Assembly (NCBI GenBank): GCA_964057225.1
Contig: OZ059896.1
Span: forward strand, 16,554,001-16,618,000
DNA length: 64,000 nt
Origin: Auanema rhodensis
Taxonomy: Eukaryota > Animalia > Nematoda
Direction: 5' to 3'
The first letter of the stretch is position 1, and every line of letters begins with the position of its first letter. Positions 29,001 through 41,817 of the stretch are shown piece after piece. The translations under genes and the position numbers were made by a program. Below the pieces are notes generated by a model that was not told where the DNA came from, searched no databases, and saw only the letters and a list, made by a program, of their open reading frames with translations.

Positions 29001-31212
29001 ATATACTACGCACATACGTATATGTAAGTGTTAGTTACAAATACCTGCTTTCCCACCTCCCCCCCCCCTTCCCTTTTCGAACTAGTAGCTCCATGAAATC
29101 ACTAAATACTTCCCAATACCAGGCTATTTTAATAGAACATTATTATTCAAAAGACATTTTCAAACATACAATAACTATCCATTCCAGCCACTCATCTACC
29201 ATATATACTCTCTCCCTCTCTCTTTCTTTCCTTCCTCTCTCTATGGATACTCTACTCACAACCTACCTCCACCCCCCCCCCCCACCCAACCAACTCTTCA
29301 TCTCTTTCGTTGTTCCACCCTCAGTTCAACTTATATTCTACAACAACCTCAATGTCCAATAACTCTTCAGTTTTATTTCAATATTCAATCGGATTGGTTA
29401 TGTGGTTGATGTAAACACAAATCGAAGAACAATTAGTATTTTTGTTTGAAATCATTTGTTCTTTCTTCTATCTTTCAGCAGTTTTTGCAGTTCTTCCTCT
29501 GAAAGCCATTTGTGATGTCAGTTCACATGCGATCTCATCCAATATAGTATAACAAAAAGATTTTATTCTTGAATCTTTCTGCTTTCTATTTCAAATGATA
29601 CTCTTCCATCTTCCCTTTTCCTCTCTCTTTCTCTCTATATATTAGCGATTCCCTCTTAATTCTCTACACATATGCATATTCCTTTTCTCTCATTATTTTT
29701 CAGAATGAGATGTGAGAAAGATAATATTTTTTTCAAATAACACAAATGACCAAAAAATCCTCAATCACAAACTAATATTTCAATTTCTATTCACTCATAA
29801 TTCTCCCATTTTTAAAAAAAATATATTCTTAAAACATTTCATTTCTATCTCTCATCTATAATTATATTTTTCTTTTTTCTTACAATTCAAAGCGTTTTTG
29901 ACATGCAATCAAGCAATCTAACCATGGGTTCTGAGTAAAATAACCAATAATGTCATTGTGTGTTTGTTATATTCATATAGATACAAACACATATACCATT
30001 TTCATGACTTGTCAGCATGTCAGCTTATCTCATTTTTTCATTCACTACCCCTCCCCCCTATATACCTTTCTCTCTCTTTTCTTTAACTACCTCTTTCTAT
30101 TCTCGTTATCTTTTACTTTTTTTACAACTACCGGCTACTCTCTGAGTTCAGCTTATATCGTCTTGTCTTGTCATATTTCCTTTCTTTTTCTTGACGATAA
30201 TCAGTTAAGCATATTGTTCTCAAACTAATCCATTTTAGGTTTTACAATACTGCTTTTTGGCATTTTCCCAGACTAATTGAGGACTGTAAATGAAAGATAA
30301 CTATTATATGTAATTTGATGTATGAGCTAAAACATTTTTGATTTTATCATTTTCGTCACACCTCATTACCGATTTCTCTTTATAATTCTATCTTTCTCTC
30401 TCTCTCTCTTTGATTATACTTCTCTACATCTTCTCTTTCAACAGTTTACTTGAATTTATAAGAATTTAGCAAATTTCCCCTCATGATGAAACTGTTCTCC
30501 GGAAATTTCCAAGTTTACTCCAATACACTTGACGATTTTCAATCTGTTTTTCTTTTCTTTTTTTTTCATTTCAGTCATTGCCTATCGATTCGATGCGTTT
30601 TTTCTTATGAATATCGTCTTAACAATTCTCTCCTCTTTACAATCTATTTTCAGATTTTCCATCTGATCTCTTCTTTAAAGGAAAAGTTCAGTTTATATCC
30701 TTCTTCATTGGATTTTTTCTCAACTACTTGGATAGTACTGGTCAATGTGTGTGCACGTTTTCATTCAAATGCGATTTCTTTTTTTTGCATTTGAATTTTC
30801 AGCATTAGCATGGTTCATGGTTACATCTGGTCAGATAGTTCAAAATTTAAAAAAGATTTTTTTTTCATTTGATTCATCTTCTATTAATATCTTAAGATCT
30901 TAATATTATTAAAAAGATAATAGATTAGATTTAAACCAAAATGCTAAACACACTGGAGCATTGTTGAGCATTAATACACTATAATCGAATATAATTCAGA
31001 ATTCCGCCTTTTGTTCAAAGTTTGCGCAGACAAAAGTTTTGATGTTATCAACTATACAAAATATTTCTTATATATATATATAACTATATGTGTATAACTA
31101 TATAGTATAGATAGAGATTATGATGATCATTTATGGTTCTTCCCACATGTGCCATATAGTTGAAGCTCATCTGGCAACTCTATGACCGAATGTGGAATAT
31201 AGTAAGATAGAT

Positions 31213-31216
<4 letters not shown>

Positions 31217-31281
<65 letters not shown>
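31217..31281. repeat. (GA)n microsatellite
   Basis: Read directly. Similar GA tracts at ~427-470, ~4745-4771, ~41751-41824 and ~45682-45741. Confidence 0.95.
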
Positions 31282-31289
<8 letters not shown>

Positions 31290-34200
31290 AAAAGAAAAAG
31301 GAATAGGGAGAATTGCAATTTTCATACAGACAAAAGACTAAAAGATGATAAGATACATAATAGATAGATCGTGTGTGAGTAGAGAAGAAGGGCGGGGAGA
31401 GCAATCCACAGACTGAAGGATGTGAAATATCAAAATGAGATTACTGTGAATACAATGAGAAAGAGCTCTTTCTACTATGTCATATCTCTCTTATACGCAA
31501 TCTTTCAATCCCTTTAGCTCTACATAGTCTTTTGCCATATCTTGTTGTTGTGACTGTCTCTTATCGTTAGCCAAAATCTCTATGTCTGTGTTTCCTTTTT
31601 GTCCTCATCTTCTATTGGCGTTACATACCAAATGGTTGTTTCATCTCGTCATTCTAAAAAATTCTCGATATTCATTGTATTTTCCTCTTCTTCCATCCGA
31701 TCACGTCGTTTTTATCGTTCCCAACGCACAACTTTATGGATATAGCCATAACATGTCCTTTGATTGTAAATACACAAATCATTTATTCTGATCAGTACAT
31801 CGTCTGATTAAATCGGAATTTAGAAGGCTGTGTGAACCATGAACCAACATTCTCTAATATATCTTCACAGAGTCTAACGTTTAGTTGTAATATGTTATTC
31901 TAAGCCTAACACCTTGCTTGGTGTACTTCATCATCACATTCACATGGCCTATAGCCTGAAATTCTCGATGAAGCTTGAATTCACATAAGTTAATAAACTT
32001 CCCCTGTAACCTTTCATCTCTTTCTTCACTTTAGGCTCAGACTACCTTGTTCATTTCTTATTAACTCTTAAGCATTTCCGAATACTTTTAGGATTCTATG
32101 AGAATTTCAAATGACAACGACATGCCGACATCATCCACATCACCGTCTTCTTCAATACCTTGAGACAGGTGATAGGAAACGAGGCGTCGGATGTCAACGT
32201 GCTTAGCTGAGAATTCCGATCGTTTCATCTCATTCCGTTTCCCATTTTGACATGTTTCACTCACTTTTTTTTCCCGCGGCTATCTCTACCTCAACGATGC
32301 CATGACTAAGAAAATGAATAAGACATTTAGCCAACTAGCAAACTTCAAACGAAAAAGTTAACCTATATATCTTCTCTTATAAACATTAGAAAAAAACCTT
32401 TTCTCCACATATATATTCATACATTTGAATCTTAAACATACAACTCATCATCATACTACCTAATCTTGTCATCATCAACATCATGTTGTATAAGCCTCAT
32501 CAATCATAAGCATATCTACATTTTTTTTTCTTTTTCTTTTTCTCAATTCTTCTATTTATTTCTCAATTCGATTTATATATTTTCTTCTCTTTTTTTTCCT
32601 TTCAATCATATCTAAACAAAACGTGTAATCAATCAATCTTCATGTCCATTTGTGGCTATTCATGTAGCTCTGCCAATTGCTATTTGACGTGACGACGGTT
32701 TGAGGTGCCAGTTGACGAAAAAAAGCTGAAGTGAAGGAACAGAACGATGAAAAGATCTGTTTTTGCTATCCAAGTGATTTTCTGCAATTTCTTCAAATGT
32801 ATTTCTAAACACATAGTGCGAATGTTAAAGAAATCAAATATTTATTTTAGAAAATGAACACTTTGATACTGACGGTATCCAACCTTTTAGATCGCTTCTT
32901 GTGTAGAACAAGACAAATGTCTGAGTAGACCGGTAGTATACTTCACACTTAGAGAACCAGCAACTCGAAAGCTTGTCATACTCTCAACTTGCAGCTTCTT
33001 GATTCATTAACAAACTCATTTCCGTTTTTGTTTTCGAACAGTTGCTTGCATTCGCCTTGAAAAGAGTTAAAACAATAGTTTTGACGTATGTTGAATACAT
33101 TGCGTCTGCTACTATTCATGATCCGTTGACGGATATCCGACATCAATTCTGAGTTAAGAAGGAAAGATGAGTTGGCCAGCTGGCCAGCTGGTTGCTGGGC
33201 CATCTTCAACGTCGACGGCAACGTTCTCGTTGATGTCGATTTCTCTTCTTTGTATGTCATAAAATGAATCAGAGGTCTTAAAAGGAAGGGCATGGTTCTT
33301 GCAGCTGCCCTTCGAGGGATCTCTGCTCCTCCCTCTATAATACTCTCTTCCTTTCTTAGTTATCTTACTCTTTGACAGCACATCTGCAGTTTTAAACAAA
33401 AGAATCTGAGAAAAGATTCAGAAGGAAACTTGAAAGAGTTGACCTCATCTTAACTAATCACCATAGGACATGCCTATTCATGCGACTTTCTTTCTCAACT
33501 TCCCCATTTTCCGCTTTGGTTTCTCGCACTGCTTCGAGAGACAGTTCTCCCGTCAACAGTTTTCTCTTTCAACTACAATTTTTCCGATTATTGTCTTTTT
33601 CCATTTAAGGTGATATGTTTATATGAATATTAGATGATGTTACAAGCAGTGTCATCATCAAACAGCCAATCTTTCTTCTTCACCGCTTCGAAACAAATCA
33701 GTTTCTAATTAAATCTTCACAATCTTCTTTTAACAATCTATATATCTCATCTTCTTCCTGTTTCTCAATATTTCCCAATAAATATCAACTTTTACTCATC
33801 AGAAATTGCCTTTTGTTCTCTCTTTCGGGCAATAGCTCACGACTTTAAAGGTTCTGGTCAAAGATGTTAATTGCTCAGCTCTCCGCATGTCTCGATAAGG
33901 CTTTTAATTAGCCTTTGCTGGACGCTGCTCGTGAGAAACAGAGCCCTGATTTCCCCGGAGGCAGGTTCAGCGCGCTCCTAACCTGAGCATATCCACAGCT
34001 TTCTCCTCCCACTTTCTCTCATTCAAACGGTCAGCCTCATTCAATCACATTCTCAGCCTTTTACTCCAATTGGCTCACCTTCTGTCATGTATATCCCCCA
34101 TACTACTCGACATCAAGTTCTGTCATCTCTACATTGCCTCTCTCAAGAGTTCACCCCGACAACCGTAGATGGCGGGAAATCAGGCCGTAATCGGTCGTAC

Positions 34201-37200
34201 TAGGGAGATGAGGCTGTAAGATCTACTAACTACATCTCTTAATTGGGATTTACAGCTCTTGAGTTGGCATAATTCACCTGCCACAAGAAAAAGTGCGTTG
34301 GTGTCTCTCATATGCTCACATGAGACATAAACCAATATACATATAAATTTCCTAGTTAACTACCTCAAGTTGTTCTTTCTGCATCTGTCCTTTTCTCTCA
34401 TTCTCTTTTTCTTATTATTTCTCTTGTTTCACCTTATATTCTTGTAGTGTTTCTAACCCTTCTCTCTCTCTCTTTCACTTGTTTCCTTCCTATGTGTCAA
34501 ATTTTCTTTTATAATTTACCTCACCCTAAGCTAACTTACCGATTTCTATGCATTTCCAAAAATTTGCATAAACCTCCATTTAGAAAGAGCTTCACGTTCA
34601 TGAAGGCTCATTTCGTTTGTCGTTGACGCAAGAAGCGGTTGTTTCCTCCTTTCTCTCTCTCTCTCTTTCTCTCCCTATTTTTCTCTCCATACTTCTCCCT
34701 CTCTCTCTCTGCGTCTCTTTTCAATCATAAGCTTTCTTTCACTCTATCTTTAATCCATCTTTTTCATTTATTTCAAAGTTTCAATTGCATATTAGACTTT
34801 GTATGTGAAGGCCATCTTCAGGACCTACCCACATAGTTTGTAATGAAAAGCCAGAAACCGTTTTGGTGGCATAATAGCATTTTATTGATTATAGTAGCTC
34901 TCGTAGTCCAATTTATTTCATCCATTTGACGCATCTGAAGACGTATATCCATCGTATCACGTTGCCCTTCTCTCGTATTCGTATGTCGTTGATCAAGCAC
35001 TTAATAGCTGTGTATCCACTAGATATACTTATGTTTTTTTTTTCTATCGAAAACGCCATTTACTTTATGGTCTTCGAAATATCTCAGAATGTTTGATAAT
35101 GAAGAGAATAAAGTGAAGAACGGCTTTCATTGCTCTTTTCACTGCAATTGACAATTTCTTCATTCAAGTTTTCTATTTGGAAGATATGTCCATATTTAGG
35201 AAAGTGGCGGGAAAGATTTGATGCTCTCTCTCTCTCTCTCTCTCGTGTTGCCGTTGTCGTTCATTCTGTCATTAGTTGCATCAGTCATCAGTCTTCGTTA
35301 TGCTTCTGACATTCTTGAAACTTTCTTTCAGCCTTTTAGCAACCTACTTTGTGTTCTTCTTAAAACGTTATCGTCAAATTCTTTATAGAAATGGCAAGCT
35401 AGTCAATGAGGCAAAGTCATCCTCCTTCCTTTCTTCCTCTCTCAAGTTTCATGGTCACAACATCTCTTCGAACTGTAACCGTGATATCATTCAACTTCAC
35501 CAGATCTCAATGTTATTGTCTTTTCTCTCTTTCTCTCTCTCTATGCTACAATATTGTTTTTATATCTTCATCTCATTATCTTCCTTGCATTCCATTCGCT
35601 TCAAACCGTTTCTTCACGCCTTCCAAGCTCCGCCCCTTCCACACCATCAACCTCATCAGCACATAGGGTTCGGCCCCCAGTCGGCTGCTGGCTACATGGG
35701 GCGGTCCCAGTTCATCTGCAGTTCCGAGAGAATACAGATAGTCGAAGAAGAGTATTAGAGAGAGAGATGCGGCTAGGTCTGACTAGGCTATGAGGACTGG
35801 TATGGCACACGCCTACAACACCCCTCAACAGTCTACATCAGTACCTCAACTGTTCTATATATTAAAATCAATGTTATTGTCTTATTTCCATATATTCTCT
35901 ATAATCTTTCAAACTATATGCCTATTAATTACCCTTTGAAATGGCTTTTTATTGATGAAACATGAAGATCCTTCTTCAATTACCTCCCACGCAAACATAC
36001 TGATGTATGTTATTCAACTAATGAAGTGTATAAATCATAATAAGTTCATTTCTTATCTCTATTTTCATATTTAACCAAGTATTTTATAAATAATCGTTAA
36101 TATTTAATAATAATTCACAAAATTTCTAAAAGTTATCTTGTAAACAGTATTTTCTGAGCTGTTACCCCCTCCAATTTCCTGTTAGTCATCCATGAGTTCA
36201 TCTTTTATCCTCTGCCTTCGATTCTTGTTACACTGACCGATTGCAAACTCCATTTTCATTTCATTTTTTATTTTTTTTGTTTCTTTTTTAAGCCAAGTTT
36301 CCAGATCCTCTCTCCCTCTCTCTATCTCTCTCTTCCTCTTTTTCTTTCCCTTTCTCTCTCTCTTTCTAATTTTCTCTTCGTTTTTTTTTGCTTTCCACTT
36401 TTTTCTTTTTCACTATCGTTTTGTTTTATCTTTACAAGACCCGATGATGATTTATCAGCAGCCAATGTCTGTGCCACCAACACCACCTCTTCTCCCCCCC
36501 CCCTTCCCATACAAACAATTTGTATGACTAATATTCATTCGAAAAAAGAATTTGTAATCTAGAAATATCTTCAATAGTTATATCAAAACTATATATATAC
36601 ATATATAGTAAAAAAAAAGATATTTATAACTATTATTTCTATGCATTTACGTTTTTTTACTATGTTTTCAGTCATTTAAGGACAATACTATAAGGTTTTT
36701 CTCTATTCCGTCATGCTATATTATGTATTTTCATTTTATATGTGCTACATGAATGGTGGATTCCCTTCTATAACCCGTCTACAATCACGTAATTATTTCT
36801 CTCTCTCTCTCTCTATCATTCTCTCTCTCCCTCCCTCTCTCTTAGTTGTTCTATCACTTTCAATCTAAACCTTTCTCTTTCTCTCTCTCAATTTTCTCTT
36901 CATCTCTTAACTATATATAGAAGCTAAAGTTCCATTATAATCCGCCTATGCATCAATGTCCGGTCTTCTGTCCATCACAAATTCCAATAATTCCTTGTCT
37001 CGAGCAGTTTGTCCGCCGTGCTCTATCGGTCAGTACCCGAGGGCAGTTACAGCTCTCCTTTCCATCTAGATTCGTTCATCTCTCTGACCCTTCTCTCTCT
37101 CTCTCTACTCATTTTCTCTTTATTCTCTTTTTCACATATGAAATGATCTCTTTTGATGCCCTGTTGTCATATATTGCCTTAAATAAGCTTTTCATTAAGC

Positions 37201-38446
37201 TTTTTCAAATAAAATATAAGATAATTCCCCTACTTTAGCTGACATTACTTATGCAAAATTTTAATTTCATATTATTTGGAATCTCATGTTATTTCTGACA
37301 TCAGTCTTACACACATATGTCTTCGCATTATCTGACCTTGAGCCTTCCCTTTAACCACCTCAACCTCCTACCCCCTCCTAGCCTCATCACATCACCCACC
37401 TCCTTGCCTTCTCCAGCACCCCTCCTCCTTGTTCTTCGCTATCTCTCTGGCTGTGTTCATCATCCGAGATTGAATGTTTCCATGTTTCTTTCCCTTATTT
37501 CCATATGTCACATCTTTTTCGTCTTTTTCATCCAATCTTACCTATTTCTCATCTTTTTCTTTTTCATAGTAATCGCTATCGGATTCCTCTCTTAAATGCT
37601 TCTTTCCATCTCTCTTTTCCGCTTCATCACTCACTGCCTTCAATCGTTTTGAAACAAATCATTTCCTAAATCAAAACAATTGAAAACTTCATCACATTTC
37701 TATCAATAACCTTCGATTACGGCGCTTCAAACCCATCCAAACACCTTCAGCAGCATCTTCCCAATTAGCATATACAAGCATATCCTAAAACCAGAACCGT
37801 ACATAACAAACTTTCTTCAATTATCAACATATAGTAGAATCAACAACCAATGTCTTTTAGATATGAGAATTGCGTCCTTAATTCTCATTCGAATAACAAT
37901 ATCGAATAAGCATTTTGAACTTGAAATACAAACTTCTGTTGTTGACCCCACCTTCAGCCAACATTCAAGACCACCCTGATATTATTATTCAAATTTTGTT
38001 TTCAAAACATCCATCTCTCATTACTATCTATCAAACATTCTACGTGATTCACTAAAACGACTTCAGCCTTTCATCTTCCATCTTATTCCTTTGTACTTTG
38101 CTCAAAGCTCATTTGAAAATAAATTTAATTTTTTTCTTTCATTTCAAATACTATTATGGTCATTTTAACGTTTTTCTATTACATTGTTCTCATTTTTTTA
38201 AAAAATGAATACACAATGTTTCGTTTATTATATTTTCTATATTATATATGTTAAATATTATATATTTATAGTTATAATATATATATTTGTTCTTACTTTT
38301 CACTCTTCTTTTCAATCATTTCATTCATTTCTTCATTTGTATTCTTTTATCTCATTTTCTCTCTAATTTTTTGAATATTTTTCAGTTAAAACCAGCTTTA
38401 TTGGTAGACAGTTAAGCCCAATTTATTTGGTAGAAAAATCATAACG

Positions 38447-41400
38447 ATGTTCATCGCTAAAGTCGTGCTGCTAGCCACAGCAGCTCTTGCATTAACGCCG
38501 GCAAAGCGTTCTTCATCCAGCCTCAAAGAATCCATTCTTGTCGGCCAAGTATATCAGAAAGATCTGTCTAACGCCGTGAGTTTATTTTTCATATTCATCT
38601 AATATAGTTTGATAAACATATATCTTATATATGCTAATTATTCCACGTTTTGTCGATGACGTCATGTATCTTGCGTGTACATCCACGTGAGCATTTTTCG
38701 GTCATAACGTAATATAACTTAGCGTTATTTTTGCCTATAATCATATTGCGTGAGCAGTTGTATTCTAATCAATTCAATTTTTTTTATTATTTTTAATAAT
38801 ATTTTGAAATTTTCAGGGAATCATTTCTACACCAGTTGAAGAAAATCTTCCCAAATGGCTGATTGTTCGAAACAATACACTTCAAGGTATTCCATCCAAC
38901 TCCGATGTTGGAAAACATAGTATTACGGTACGTTTATTAATAAATACAATATTTTCAATAGTTATCAATTATTATTTTTATTATATTTAACATTATTTAT
39001 TATAGATTAAAACCGGAAGTATCATGAAAACATTAGATATTGATGTTAAAGAGGACGATAAAAATCCTTGCGGAGAACAAGCTACAACATGGGTTGAAGT
39101 CATTTATTCTGATGAAATGAACGTATGTATTTAATATATTTTTTTCTCACTAACTATATATGTATATAATCTTATTATAATTATTACAGTTGGAAAAACG
39201 TTTAAGTGCAGTTCGTGATGTAGCTCATTTACTCCAAGAAAATATTTCTCGTCTTCGTGTAAGTTTCTATTTTATAATATACATATCTTTTAATTATTTT
39301 CTCATACATTACTCCTTATATAATATAATATATATATGGTTATAGGTTTATGATTTCAAATATTCTCGTGAAATTCGCAAAGTTGAATTGATTGGTGGAG
39401 ATGAAGTTGGGCCAGTTGTTATCATTAAGGTAAGCTATTCATATAATATTGAAATTTACCTAAAACCTCTTATTACGTATAACAAATAGATTTTATTCAT
39501 ATTACTAACTATGCGATTGTTTTTGTTATTATTTTCTTGGCCAATAACTCAATTATATTACAGTATAACTGAGCATCGTTGATGATGATTACGATTTCTT
39601 TACCTAATCTAATTCCTAATATCTTTTGTTTCTAAAGCCAATGGCGACAGCTCGCTCTATAGCAAAAGTCTTAATTAGGCGATGTCACTTGCGCTAATCT
39701 GACACGTTTCCTGCCGTGATCTGATTGCCGTCAGCATAGATGGTTATAGAGATGAGGAGGAATAATGCGACGGTTGTTAGCATCTTTTGTTGTTAATGAT
39801 GATGACTGCTTGTTATGGGATGCAGTTGTTGTTGATGTTGTCGTTGTTGTTGTTAACGATTCCGACCGCTCCTATCTCTAACTATTTTGGCTACATAATC
39901 GGCATGGCTTTTAAACTGTTGCCGCATTTACCCAAATTATGTAGTCTGATTTTCACACCTTACATACATACAATAGATCGTTTAAATAACTTAAATAAGT
40001 AAACCAAGGGGTGTGAATCATAAGCAGGTCATATTATGACGTTTATTCATCGTTTTTTCTTTTTTTAGCCACTTTGTGATGGAGAGACTGATGCCATCGA
40101 AATTGCAACTGATGACATGGACAAGCTTTTAGATGACGATGATTCTGATTCCGAATATTCTGTCACTGTACGTTTTTATAATTTATATTTAAAATAATTT
40201 CAACATATCAACAAATTATAATATAATTAAGTCAGTTAACGTTCGACATCTTGTCATATTTTGCCTAAATATATTCTTGTCTGTCGAAAATTGAATCATA
40301 CTGTCAACCATCTGCATATTTCAGCTTACGCAAGGTCGCGTCCTGTCACGCAACAAGCCAACCAACACGCGAGATGAAGATGAGGTAATCAGAAAAAAAA
40401 TATTTTAAATTAACTGAACATCCACATTCAGATTGTTACTAGTACCATCCGTACCACAAGTCAACGTACTACCCGCCATGCCTTCGACAAACCACCAGCA
40501 CTACTTAATTCCATGAGCGGATTCAAATGTATTCGGTATGTTTCACGTTTTGTACATTTTTGTACCAAATTCAGCTGGTTAACAACTCTATCTTTGCTCA
40601 ACTACTCTATTAATTTCATAGTTGAACCGTATCCAGTTATGGTTTTAGTAGTAGTCTTTTCAAATATTTGTTCAGCTCAATCCGTCTTCAAACTTGTATA
40701 ACCATCTTAGGTCATACGGTAACGTACATTAACTTTTCCATCCGGCTGTATCTTTTGAAAACAAAGACCAAAATAGCCAGCTGCCAATACTGATCATTAC
40801 ATTTGGCGCTCAGTTTTTACTTTTGTAATATCTTTTCATGTCTCAATCATCACATATAGTAAATACCGTATTTGAAAGAATGTTCATCAAATTTTTATTT
40901 CAATAAGCTTGAAATTAGATTTTCTTTCATTCCAAATCACTATAATGAGAATATTGTTTATCAATTTAGATTTATAATGATTTGATACTAGAAAATGGTC
41001 AAAACGAGCTAATTTTTAGTATTATAAACATATAAACAAATAGTTTCTCAGTCATATAGCTAAGAAAGAAATCAAATAGATTAACTATATATTCTCTTCC
41101 TCTTCATTCAATCTATCATATATAGATATACATATATATATATTATAAATATATAGTATATATGTATATGGTTAAAGAAGACAAAAATGATGAATAATGA
41201 CATTTTGATTGAGCATCAATGACCAATCTAAGGATTGTATTTCCTATATAGCATACCCTATGTAGAAAATCTTACACATACTATATGAGAGATTAGTGGA
41301 AGTCAAGTAATTGAATGTGAATTGAGGTCATGACGCTTGATTTGATATATTATGTGAGTATATGACATATACAAGAAGCCTCGATAAGTGAACATGAATA

Positions 41401-41746
41401 AGTGTGAATAGCTCCATGAGCCTGCATACAGCATGAAATCACAACAATTCATCTTCATCATCTCTTTTCCAACACCTCGTCATCTAATTTCTGTCTGTTT
41501 TCGGCAAAAATTTTGCAGTTATTTCAAAAATTGACATGAGAATCTAGAGAGAATGAGATACAAACACTTCTGTGGCACAGCCGGTCTAGTCCAAGCTGCT
41601 GTCATGATATCAGCCTGATGATTGGTTCGTTGTACTTCGCTTAGGGATTGAGAATATTTTGAAAGGTTTACGACATCATTGTTTAGCCTTCTAGTACATT
41701 AGCTATCATCATGGATGATTTCGATGAGAAAAAGAGATGACAAAGG

Positions 41747-41817
<71 letters not shown>

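Noticed and set aside
28904-29362. 152-aa + strand ORF
   Set aside because: TTG start, built from poly-C and CT low-complexity sequence, no recognisable domain or splice support.
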